From Isurus oxyrinchus (taxonomy: Eukaryota): a stretch of 64,000 nt of DNA. Position numbers and translations under genes: made by a program. Every line of letters begins with the position of its first letter. Within the stretch, counting starts at the first letter, position 1. The notes beneath the pieces were generated by a model. The model saw only the letters and a list, made by a program, of their open reading frames with translations. It made no database searches and had not been told where the DNA came from. Below are positions 25,517 through 36,999 of this stretch, piece after piece. Location of the stretch: NCBI GenBank assembly GCA_026770705.1, contig JANJGN010000009.1, positions 78,244,001 through 78,308,000 of the forward strand, in the 5' to 3' direction.

Positions 25517-26149
25517 GAGTCTGATAATGGATAGCCTGATGGCAAGCTCTATGATGTTTGTTGTCATAGTATTACTCTTATTGTTGGAGCGCTGGCCACA
25601 TGTGCTGAAGTTATGAAGGGGAGTCATTAGCCATGTGCACATTGGATAACACTTGTCTTTAAGCAGTCACCCTCTGATTCAACGTGAAGGCTCTACTGGC
25701 TGCAACTATGGACTGATGCAGGATGAAAGCATGGCAGGCAATCACCAGCATGATTCGGATATGGCCGTACACCATCTGCACGTTGAGTGAGTGGTACGCC
25801 ATGTGGTTTTGAAATATCTTCCAATTGAGATCCAGGGCCCGCAAGGTCTTATGTATGCAGCCAATGGCTCCCTGCACCATGGGAGTCCTACTATCCTGGC
25901 AGAATTATGTGCCCACTCCTCCCATTCTCCCCGTTTATGACAATAAAGACCCTCCGGGCATACGGAGCCTTTGTGGCCTCCCAGATTCAGTGATGGATGG
26001 TGAACTGTGATATGTTGGTGATGTCATCTTCCAGTGTAAAAGGATTCACTGGCATAAAGATTCGTGGCCACAGTCACCTTGATACTTGCTAACAGCACTA
26101 TTTTCATCCTGCTCTGTGACTGCAGGTCCAATCCCAAAATCAACAGTGT

Positions 26150-26608
26150 GCTCTTTGGCCCATGCGCACAAAAGAGCGCATTCATCTCCCTGAGGCTAAG
26201 TGGGAGATTGACATATAGAGCCAAAAAGCTAAAAATAAACTTTCCCTAACATGTCCCCTCATGTGACACTGTCACATGAGTTGGGACATGTACGTAAGTT
26301 TTACAAAAGCTTTATTAAAATTTTTTTTAAAACCTACATGAAACCTCATCCTGCCCATGGATGAGGTTTCATGTTTTTCCTAATTCGCGCCAGGGCACCT
26401 GGCCTGCCTGCCACCCTTTAGGGCAGGTCCTTTAATTACTTAATTGACAGGTCAGCGGGCACGCAGCTGATTTTGCTGCTCCCCCGCCTACCTGAGAATT
26501 TGAATGGGGTGTGGTGACGTCGGGAGTTCTGCCCAACATCACCACGTGTCATTTTATGTGTCGGCGAGTGGGCCCTGCCCCAGCTCACTGACGTGTAAAA
26601 TCCTGCCC
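26150..26608 (-). mobile_element. Harbinger-derived MITE, truncated
   Basis: TIR AAAATCCTGCCC ending at 26608; strong internal hairpins at 26249-26291 and 26336-26374. Confidence 0.82.
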
Positions 26609-26691
26609 CCACTGGTGCATGTTCTGAGTCTAACATAACAAAAGGTTTGGAGATTATTAGAATCTTTGTCTCAAATGAAGTTAAACATAGG

Positions 26692-28690
26692 CTCCATTAC
26701 CACCAAGCCAGGGGATCAACCCCGGTTCAATGAAGAGTGCAGGAGGGCATGCCAGGAGCAGCATCAAGTATACCTAAAAATGAGGTGTCGACCTGGTGAA
26801 GTTATAACACAGAACTACTTGCATGCCAAACAGCATAAGCAGCAAGTGATAGACAGAGCTAAGTGACGCCACAGCCAACAGATTAGACTTAAGCTCTGCA
26901 GTCCTACCACATCCAGTTGTGAATGGTGGTGGGCAATTAAACAACTCATTAGAGGAGGCGGCTCCACAAATATCCCCATCCTCAATGATGGAGGAGACCA
27001 GCACATTAGTGCAAAAGATAAGGCTGAAGCATTTGCTACAATTTTCAGCCAGAGGTGATGAGTGGATGATCCATCTCGGCCTCCTTTGGAGGCACCCAGT
27101 ATCACAGATGCCAGTCTTCAGCCAATTCGATTCACTCCACATATCAAGAAATGGCTGAAGGCACTGGATACTGCAAGGGCTATGGGCCCCGACAATATTC
27201 TGACAATAATACTGAAGGCTTGTGCTCCAGAGCTAAGCTGTTCCAGATAGCTACAACACTGGCATCTACCTGGCAGTGTGGAAAATTGCCCAGGTATGAC
27301 CTGTCCACAAAAAGCAGGACAAACCCAACCCAGCCAATTACCACCCCATCACCCTACTCTCCATCATTAGTAAAGTAATGGAAGGGGTCACCAACATTGC
27401 TATCAAGCAGCATCTGCAAAGCAACAACCTGCTCACTGATGTCCAGTTTGGGTTCTGTCAGGGCCACTCAGCCTCTGACTTCCTTACAGCCTTGGTTCAA
27501 ACATGGACAAAAGAGCTGAACTCCTGAGGTGAGGTGAGAGTGACTGCCCTTGACATCAAGGCCGCATTTGACTGTGTGTGGCATCAAGCAGCCCTAGCAA
27601 AACCGGAGTCAATGGGAATCAGGGGCAAAACTCCCCGTTGGTTGGAGTCATACCCAGCAGAAAGGAAGATGGTTGTGGTTGTTGGAGGTCAATCATCTCA
27701 GTTCCAGGGCATTTCTGCAGGAGTTCCTCAGGGTATGTCCTCGGCCCAACCATCCTTCAGCTGCTTCATCGATGACCTTCCTTCCATCATAAGGTCAGAA
27801 GTGGGGGTGCTCGCTGATAATTGCACAATGTTCAGCATCATTCATGACCCCTCAGATACTGAAGCAGCCCATGTCCAAATGCAGCAAGACCTGGACAATA
27901 TGCAAGCTTGGACAGACAAGTGGCAAGTAACATTCATGCCACACAAGTGCCCCAGGCAATGACCATCTCCAACAAGAGAGAATCTAATCATCGCCTCCTG
28001 ACATTCAATGGAATTAACATCGCTTAAAACCCCACTATCAACATCCTGGGGGCAGGGGGGTGGTGGAGGTGGTGATGATTGACCAGAAACTTAACTGGGT
28101 TAGCCAATAAATACTGTCACTAAAACAGCAAGTCAGAGGCTAGGAATCCTGTGGCTACTAATCCACCTCCTGACTCCCCAAAGAATGTCCACCATCTACA
28201 AAGCAAAAGTCAGGAGTTTGAGGTAATACTCTCTACTTGCCTGGATGAGTACAGCTCCAACAACACTCAAGAAGCTCAACACCATCCAGGACAAAGCAGC
28301 CCGCTTGATTGGCACCCCATCCACAAACATTCACTCCCTCCACCACTGATGCACAGTAGCTGCAGTGCATACCATCTCACCAAGGCTCCTTCAGCAGCAC
28401 TTTCCAAACCCATGACTGCTATCTCTAGAAGGACAAGGACAGCAGATAGATGGAAACACCACAACCTGGAAGTTCCCCAAGACACTCAATGTCCTGACTT
28501 GGAAATATATCGCCATTCCTTCACTGTCAGTGGGTTAAAATCCTGGAACTCCCTCCCTAACAGCACTGTGGGTGTACCTACACCACAGTGATACAGTCAT
28601 TCAAGAAGGCAGCTCACCACCACCTTCAAGGGCAACTAGGGATGGGCAATAACTGCTGGCCTAGCCAACGAAGCCCACATCCTGTAAGTT
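26692..28690 (+). mobile_element. Non-LTR retrotransposon family B (CR1/L2 group), 5'-truncated RT
   Basis: LKALDTARAMGPDNI; ALDIKAAFDCVWH; GVPQG; LADNCT (FADD site); 3' tail gggcaactagggatgggcaataa...cccacatcc. Confidence 0.88.
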
Positions 28691-29024
28691 AATTTTTAAA
28701 ATTTCAGCATTTTCCAACAGAATGTCCAATGCAGACAGACAATGCCCCAAATAAAAATGATTCTGGTTAATCTTAATCCAAGTCAAACGTGCATGAATCC
28801 AAATAATTCACAACTCTCCTTACTTACCTCAGCTCTCTCTTTACACACTCCCACTAAGAAAAAAACTGTAGGTCACAAATGTTCTGAGCAGCCATGCAGA
28901 GAATGCTCCATGAACTTTGGCCATTGTTTGTTGCATTTACAGCATGAGTATTTAGGGAGGGATAACTGTGGTTACTCTAAAGAACGGTGTGGATTCTATG
29001 GCATATTACAAAGAAGAGCAGTGG

Positions 29025-29246
29025 TGTTCTGGTGTTCTGACCAATGTTTAACTCTCAATCAACTTAAAAAATTAGATTATCCGGTCACTATCACATTGCG
29101 GTTTGTGGGAGTTTACTAAGTGCAAATTAGCTACTGCATTTCCTACATTACAACAGTGACAATGCTTCACAAAATACTTTACTGGCTGTAAAACATTGAG
29201 GCATCTGGTGGTTGTGAAAAGTGCAATGTAAATGTAAGTTCTTTTT
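29025..29246 (+). mobile_element. Deu-domain SINE (AmnSINE1/SacSINE1-like) 3' part
   Basis: agattatccggtcactatcacattgcggtttgtgggag...gtgcaaattagct...tttcctacattacaacagtgac...ttactggctgtaaa...aaatgtaagttct, recognised from memory of the family. Confidence 0.7.
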
Positions 29247-29736
29247 TCACATTATGTCTGGGTCTGTTGTAATCTAACAGATAAGAGATTAAGTGCTATA
29301 TTTAGTCAACAACTCCATTACTGTTACACCACGTGACTACATGGGTGGTAGAAGGTGAACTAGATGGACTTAACTTTTTTCGTTCAGCAATTCATGTGCT
29401 TATTAATTTCAATTTCCCCAAACTTTGTGTTACAAACAGGATGGGAGGAGTGCACAGTTTATTTAGCCCCAGTACTCCACAGGTCACAACATTAGTGTAA
29501 TTGTTTAATTCATTTGCCAAAATTGCCAATTATTTACCTTTGCTGCTGTTAGACCCCGAATTTAAAATAAGCTTTAACCAGACTTCTTTCAATAAACTCA
29601 ATGATTGGTTTATTGTAAAATGAAACTTATTTTTAAGACAAGTTGCAAGAACTGGTTAACACTTTGTAATCTGGAAGCACAACTATATATCCCTTTTAAA
29701 ATATCGCAGCACACACAAAGAAATGGGGTCTCTGCA

Positions 29737-29911
29737 AATAAAAGCAAAATAAATACTGCCGATGCTGGAAATCTAGGCTAAAAACAGAAAATGCTGGAAA
29801 AGCTCAGCAGGTCTGACAGCATCTGTGGAGAGAGAACATTAACTCTGTTTCTCTCTCCACAGATGCTGTCAGACCTGTTGAGTTTTTCCAGCATTTTTTG
29901 TTTTTATTTCA
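29737..29911. mobile_element. Palindromic Penelope pLTR-only insertion
   Basis: Inverted arms aaaacagaaaatgctggaaaagctcagcaggtctgacagcatctgtggagagaga / reverse; 11-bp TSD GGGTCTCTGCA (29726-29736, 29912-29922). Confidence 0.85.
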
Positions 29912-30471
29912 GGGTCTCTGCAGAGATGGGCAGTTGAAGAAAACAGTTTATATCCCTTTTTGTTAAAGTTTGCTGGGTTTCACTGCTGTTGATCTGGAGC
30001 TCCCTCGTGTGAAGACAGATCGCAAGTATCAGTCGGTGCCTGGAGGTTCTCACCAAAGGAGCTTCAGTGTGGAGGAGAGTAGAGCTGGATCAAAGTTTCT
30101 TTTCTTAGCCTTCCAGGTTCCCAAATGCAGAATCTGAGATGAAGATTCCTAGCTAAATACTGATAACTACAATGTATTTCAAGCAAGGCAAGTACAAGTT
30201 GGGCAGCTTTCCCTTTCTCAGTTTGTACCCAACTGAGTTCAAACAACAAGATCAAAACTCAAAGCTCCTCTTTGGCAGGCAATTTCCAGTAAGTCAGCAG
30301 GGTCTTTGCCTTTAAAACAGTTTTTTTTTCCAGTCATTACAGCAATTACTATTCAAATAAGCAAATAGCCCTCCTCCTCAAGTACCATGCTGGTCAATGA
30401 ATTTCTTGGATAAGATATGCTTGCTCCCAGTCCAAAGGTGAACTTACAACCTTTTCAAAAAAAAAATTCAA

Positions 30472-31170
30472 GGCCAGCATTTTTGGGTCAGCAAGCAAGG
30501 GCGTGTCCCCCGTCATCACTGCTCGTCATTTAGATTTTCAGTTCGGCTGGCCTGCAGCCGAGTCGGCTGTGCGCCTGCCGAACTTTCAAAGGCCTATGAA
30601 GGCCATTTAAATATCAATTAAACTAATAAACTGAGCTACCCATCCAACCTTAAGGTTGACAGGCAGGCAAAGAGCCCAGGTGGCCTTCGCATTTTTCATC
30701 GAAATCGCATCCCGCCCGTGGATGAGGTTCCATGAGTTAAACAAATTTTTTCATTAATGTTCATTGACATGTCGCAGCTCATGTGACACTGTCATCTACA
30801 GCTACTTAAGAAAGATTAACAATTATTGTTGAGGAATTACATCTAAAGCAGTCCTGTTTTTACCTGCAGTGTAATTCAGCAAAAGAATACTGTCCATTGT
30901 CTTTTCTTTATTATAATTTTGGGAACTTAAACTGATCTCACTGAGGCACAGAGATGCCTCGGAGATTTCTGCACTCCTTTGCGTGCATGTGGGAAAGACC
31001 GCAGGCCCAGACTCAAGGAGTCCCCCCCTCCCCGCACAGGGAGCGCACAGCGCTTCCGGACAGATGTCCGCCCATGTAAAATGGCGGCATGGACCCAACC
31101 AGAGGCGCCGATCGAATACTTGCCCGCCCCTGCACAAACCCCCACTCCCGATGGGGGAGAAAAGTCTCCC
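30472..31170 (+). mobile_element. Harbinger-derived MITE with a foreign internal segment
   Basis: TIR-like GGCCAGCATTTT / AAAAGTCTCCC; flanks CAA/CAA; 30794-30896 is an inverted copy of 31258-31366. Confidence 0.8.
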
Positions 31171-31538
31171 CAACTGTCCAAACAATGCAATGTCCTTCCA
31201 AATTTTAAAAGGAAAATACAGTTTTTGAAGAGATGGCTTTTCACAACACTTGCACTCTGGACAGTGTTCGTTTGCTGAAAATTACATTGCAGATAAAAAC
31301 AGGATTGCTTTAGGTGTAATTCCTCAACAATAATTGTTAATAAATCTTTCTTAAATAGCTGTAGATAAGACCAAAGCCAAACACATGATGCATGCACTGA
31401 TAGTGTCGACATTCAGCAGTCTTCCACTGTTATTCTTTAGTCTTTAAACCTCTATTGAGATATTTATTTTTAAATTTACTTTTTGGATAGGCACTACATT
31501 TGAGGCATACCAAGCAATCCTGAAGGACAAAAAATAAT

Positions 31539-32507
31539 GGGTCGTAATGTCCGATGGAGTGGCAATTGAGTCTGATTGCCACTCTGCTCGAAAGTTCTTA
31601 CTTTGAAATCCAGGCAATCCTATCTCGCCTGACCTTACAATCTGGCTGGGCGAGAACTCGGCAATGCAGTATGTTCCAGAGGCCTAGCATCAAGTTGAAA
31701 GTAAGTAAGCCATACTTTTTTTTTTATTAAACTTACTTGGTTTATGGCAGTTAAAGGTCCAGCCAAGCTTAAAGGTGTTTAACAAGGTAATTGTATTGGG
31801 CAAGTAGGGAGGGCCTGGTGAGAGATTGATCTGGGCCTAGGGAGGGGATTGGGGTGGAATGTTGGGTCGGCTCAGGTTGGGCCATGGGGGCGGGAGTGTC
31901 AGGTCAGGTCAGGCCTTGGAGAGGTGTTGGGTCAGGTTGGATTGGTCCTTGGTGGGATAGTCGGGGGAAGTCCTGTGGGGTTGGGGTAGGGAAGTTCCAT
32001 GATGGGATGGGGGCGGGTGGGGGGGGGGAAGAAATATCCTTGGGGGTTCAGGGGTTTGGTGGGATTAGTTTGGGCCTGTGCAATAGTTACTCAGGAGCTC
32101 GAAGTGGTTTTAACTCTAACATTTTCTGGCTAACTATTGATGGTTCCGACAGAACAACCACAGTTTGGAATGTATGATGTTATCCTGAATGTTGAGCATT
32201 GTCAGAATGCTTCAGTGCCTGGACTGTACACCACTTCAGCACAATATTGTCTTACTGATACTTACCCTTTTCCTTATCTTCAGAAAGTGTTGGTTTATGC
32301 ATTGATGGTTACATCAAAAGATTACAAATCACAATTTTTGGATGGCTCCCACTGCAGGGTAATTGCCCATGGAGAGTTTCAGGCAATTGGCGTGCAAACC
32401 TTACCCGAGAACATCCGGGAACGGGGTAGGTGGGAAGGGTGGGTTCCCCAGTGCATCTTTGGGGTACACCCCAAATACGTTGAGCTGGATTTGGGAAGTT
32501 ATGGCCC
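31539..32507. mobile_element. Non-autonomous DNA transposon (Harbinger-like, different subfamily)
   Basis: Imperfect TIRs GGGTCGTAATGTCC / GGAAGTTATGGCCC; 3-bp TSD AAT (31536-31538, 32508-32510). Confidence 0.65.
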
Positions 32508-33430
32508 AATATTACTGCTGAAAAAGTGACAAATAACAGTAAACTTAACAGCTTTTCAAAATTCAATCAATAAACAGTAAACTTGTGTACGTGTGTGGTG
32601 TGGAAAGATACAGTAAATTCTAAATGCAGAAAGTGTGGGTGGAGATTAAGAACCCACCAGTTAAGGATTGGCTACAAAGTTCATCCGCAGGCAAGTGCCA
32701 ACCACAATGAAACTAAGTGCTGACTTTATAATCCTACAGACAAGGTTTCTGAGAGAGATGGAGCAAAATCCCAGAGCTGCCTGGTCAGATTAATTGTAGT
32801 TAGCTAGCTTATCCTAACTTTGTAATGTAATAGAAGGTGATCCCATCTTTAAACAGACTGCACTTGCACCTTAGTATTAACTTCCTCCTTGTGGTCAAAT
32901 GCTCCTCGTGTCCCTTTGCCAACATTTATATCACTTCCTCAGGTTCTACTACCAATTCAAACTGAAGGCAGTTCATCTCTTCTGCACACCCGCTTTTACT
33001 GTGGCCACAGCATCCCCCGTTCATTGAAGGTCTACCCATGATTTGCTTTGTTGGGATTTATAATCCCCTTGCTTGTTCGCTTAATCAGGGGCATGTGATG
33101 ATTTATTGATTGGGAACAGTCAGCTAGCCTGCCATCCCACATGTTAATAATGACCTATAGTTTTGAGAGTGGATGTACACTCCACCGCATCCTGCATGTC
33201 TCGAATGGTGTCCACTGTGGTTATTCTGTCCCTTTTTCTGAATACAATCCAACCCAAAAAAGATGCTGTCCACAGGTTTCTGAAATGATAGTTTGGAATG
33301 TATGATGTTATCCTGAATGTTGAGTATTGTCAGGAATGCTTCAGTGCCTGGAATGTACACCACTTCAGCACAATATTGTCTTACTGATACTTACCCTTTT
33401 CCTTATCTTCAGAAAGTGTTGGTTTATGCA
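32162..33430 (+). repeat. 140-bp direct duplication (32162-32301 and 33290-33430)
   Basis: Two substitutions and one indel by eye. Confidence 0.95.
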
Positions 33431-33477
33431 GGGACAGGATTGTTTGCACATGGCCAAATCAACATGATGAAACAATT

Positions 33478-34009
33478 AAGATAAAAGCAAAATACTGCGG
33501 ATGCTGGAAATCTGAAACAAACAGCTGGAATAACTCAGCAGGTCTGACAGTATCTGCTGAGAGGAATACAATTAACGTTTGAGTCTGTAGACTCTTCATC
33601 AGAACTAAGGAAACAGAGAAATGAGGTGAAATGTAAGCTGGTAGAGGGTGGAACAGGTAGAGCTGGATAGAGGGCCAGTGATAGGTGGAGGCAAAGAGAT
33701 TGCCAAAGATGTCATAGACAAAAGGGTGTTTGTAGTGATATTATCTAAGGAATGTGCTAATAGGGACATTAGTGGGGGTGGGGTGGAAGGGATTGAAATG
33801 GGCTAAAAGGTGGAGATAAAGCAATAAATTGAAATAAATTTAAGGTGGGAAAAGAAAAATATCTTTAAAAAATAAGTTATTGGAAAAAGGGGGTAATAAA
33901 AGGGGGTGGGGATGGAGGAGAGGTGTTCATGATCTGAAATTGTTGAACTCAATATTAAGTCTAGAAGGCTGTAAAGTGCCTAATCGGAAGATGAGGTGCT
34001 GTTCCTCCA
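33478..34009 (-). mobile_element. Penelope-like element 3' end
   Basis: Homologous to 12103-12670; 9-bp TSD GAAACAATT; minus strand AGTT-CTGATGA-AGAGTCTACAGACTC-AAACGTTA hammerhead-like core. Confidence 0.85.
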
Positions 34010-34506
34010 GAAACAATTCCCTGTCAGTCACTCAATGGTTATGTAGGAAAGTATTCTTTATAATTCTTATCCTAATCAGTCTGCCTGTCACATGACTTAA
34101 CAGTCAAAAATACGGCTAGGTAAACCAACCATAAATCAACTTTGAAATAAAAATAATGCTGGAAATGCTCAGGTCAGGCAGCATTGAGAGAGAGAGAGAG
34201 AGGCCTTAAAATGGGAGCAAATCACACTTGATTAGAAACCTGATGCCTTTATGTCGTTTCTGGATATTGCCAATTCTGGCAACCATGGAGGGCAGGTTTC
34301 ATTAGTTTCAGAATTAGGACTAGATCATCGGGCCTGCTCCACCATTCAATAAGATCATAGCTGATAGGGTTGTGGCCTTAATTCCACTTTTCTGCCAGCC
34401 TCCCATAATCCTTGACTCCCTTGTAGATCAAAAATCTGTCTACGTCAGCCTTGAGTATATTCAATGACCCAACATCAACTGCTCTCTGGGGTAGAGAATT
34501 CCATGG

Positions 34507-35473
34507 TGTTATGATCCAGTTAGGGACTAGTAACTTTTTGTTTAAAGCAGACAAAGTTTGAACTCCCAAGTTACCCACCAGGAGAATAAATCCACAAGAT
34601 TCCATGGTTTAAAAAATATAAACTTTACTATACAAAGTCAGAAAATTAAAAAAATGTACAATATCCATTTTATGCTCCTAACATTCAGAATTAACAGGAG
34701 GTAAATATAAGTGATAAGCACACAGTGGTCAAACACAAACTGCACAATAAATGGCAGATGCAACCGGACAGGTCCCGTGGATTTCTCAGCATCCCTTCCG
34801 AATGTCAATGTCCATGGTGGATTACACATCTTGTGAAAACTCTGACTCTGTCACAAGGGATTGTAAGCAGCCATTTTTGAAAATCTAGCCTCTGAATTCC
34901 TTCAACTGCCACTCCAACTCAGACTGCCTCTGACTCCACACTGCCTGATGGTTCAGTCTCTTTTGCTGAGACTGTCTTCCACAGGATTCACAAAGCTGCA
35001 CTCCACCATCTAGGTACTTCAACAATTTCAGCTCTTTAGCATACTACTAGCCTCACTGACCTGGCACTGCCCTTGGGTTTCCCTGATTCAGTTTTCCGGC
35101 TGGACTGGCTTATAAATGGCTCACAGGGCTTCTGAGCCCTAACCCCTTTGCAGCACAGAACCAGTGACCTTTGGCCACTTCCTTGGCTCTTCCCAAGCCT
35201 TCACTACCTGGAGCCTGCCAACAGCAACACTTTACCTGCAGGGAGCCTCTTTCTCTGTCTCCCAGTTATGTGAGTTTACCGTTTCCCATAATCACAAAAT
35301 CACATGGTCGGACTTCCATGCCACCATCACCATTCAGGCACCCTGGTGATCTTTGCCAGGGCCCTCAGGAATCCAGAATTCTGGGTTAAGCTGCGCTCTG
35401 TGCATGTGCAAGAAGTCTTGGGCCTGCTGAAAAATGGAGTCCTTGGCCTCCACCCAGTTCATATTTCTTAACA
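34507..35473. mobile_element. Solo LTR (967 bp)
   Basis: TGTTATGA...TCTTAACA ends; perfect 4-bp TSD ATGG; removing it rejoins the CR1. Confidence 0.85.
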
Positions 35474-36368
35474 ATGGATTAATGATCCTCTGTGAAAAGA
35501 GATTTCTCCTCATCTGACTTAAAACGGGAGACCCCTTATTTTGAAACTGCCTCATCTTTCTAGATTCCCTCATAAGTGGAAACATTCTCTCACTATCTAC
35601 AGTCTCAATCCCCCTCAGAATCTCATGTTTCAATAGGATCAGCTCTCATTCTTCTACACTCCAACAAGTATAGGCCCAGCCTGCTCAACCTATCCTCATA
35701 AAACAGCCCCTTCATCCCAGGGATCAATAGTGATATTTCTCTGAACTGCCTCAAATGCATGTAAATCCCTCCTTAAATCAGGAGACAAAAACTGTACGTA
35801 TAACCGTGGGTGCAGTTTCAGCAATGGATTGTATAGCTCCGATGAGACGAGACTTTTCTACGTTTATATTCTGTCCCCCTTGCAATAAAAGCCAACATTC
35901 CATTTGTCTTCCTAGTTACTTGCTGCATTGGCATACTAACCTTTTGAGATTCACATACAAGGACATCCAGATGTCTCTGAACTAAAGCACTCTGTAGTCT
36001 CTTCCCTTTTAAATATTTTGCTTTCCTATTCTTCCTGTCAGATGAATAACCTCACATTTTCCCAAATTGTACTCCAACTGCCAAACTTTTGCTCACTCAC
36101 TTACCCTATCTATATGCCTTTGAAGAATCTGTATCCTCCTCACAATTTGCTTTCCCACCTATCTTTTAGCATCAGCAAATTTGGCTACAAGTCAGTCCCT
36201 TCATCCAACACATTAATATAAGTTGTAAATAGTTGAGCCCCACTGATCCCTGTGGCACTCCACTAGTTATATAGTTTCCCAACCTGAAAATTACACACTT
36301 ATCCCAAATCTGTTTCCTGTTAGTTAACTAACCTTGTATTCATTCAACAATATTACCTGCAACACCAT

Positions 36369-36999
36369 GAGCTAGGTTTTAAACCCAGCAGTGGAGGAGT
36401 GTAAGGTTGGGAGGCATATAAAATCCAACGGGTGATCTTCCTGCCCGCCACAGGCCTGTTATTTTATGAAGGAAGGAAGGGGCTCAGGCTGCCCACTTGC
36501 CCTTGGGCCTATTGGAGGCCCTTAATTGGCCAATAGCAACTTAAGAGTCTGGTCCCTCCACAGCTGGTATTTTACCCACAACAGGAGAAAGACCCATGCC
36601 ATGCAGGAAACCGTGCAGCTTTAGCTGTGCAGGTTGGTGTCAGGCAAAGGTGGGGGGCTGGGAAACCTCCATTGCGGGCACTCTGGGCCCATTGGAGGCA
36701 CCGTAACCAAGATCATCCCTCCATAACCCTCCCCCCATCCTTCCACCCCCCTCGCTGAAATCTCAACCCTGGACTTCTGGTCTCAACGTGGTGGACTGCC
36801 TGTAGTCCAGCAGTGGCCACCACATCTGGCAGGTGCTGCTGGGACTACCGAGGTGCCAGTCATTCAATTAGCTGGCAGCTTTCTATGGCTCAACTTCCTC
36901 CTGAGTAAGGACAGTATTAAATTGTTGCGGGCAGCCATCAGGATTGTGGCCAGGCTCCTCACTGACTTTTTAGTCAGTAGGGTGGGGTCCACAATGCCC
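36369..36999. mobile_element. Diverged Harbinger-type MITE
   Basis: GC-rich insert in the CR1, flanked by CAT/CAT; contains the ggcccttaattggcc family motif. Confidence 0.55.

Larger units (their letters stand above)
22545..26140 (-). mobile_element. Second, older two-gene Harbinger relic (Myb/SANT on +, transposase on -), disrupted by MITEs and Penelope
   Basis: Plus strand: KNCAPGFSD, CCKKFNDLT (22830-22990). Minus strand: IKVTVATNLYASESF, PMVQGAIGCIH, AYHSLNVQMV, DKCYPMCTWLMTP (25600-26130). Ends approximate. Confidence 0.75.
29428..31248. mobile_element. Probable solo LTR containing a Penelope palindrome and a MITE
   Basis: TGTTACA...CACAACA ends; near-TSD TTTG/CTTG. Confidence 0.5.

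Noticed and set aside
32850-33430. Coding-like unique segment (VVYIPGTEAF...)
   Set aside because: Stops in the neighbouring frames and no family could be assigned; may be an ancient TE.
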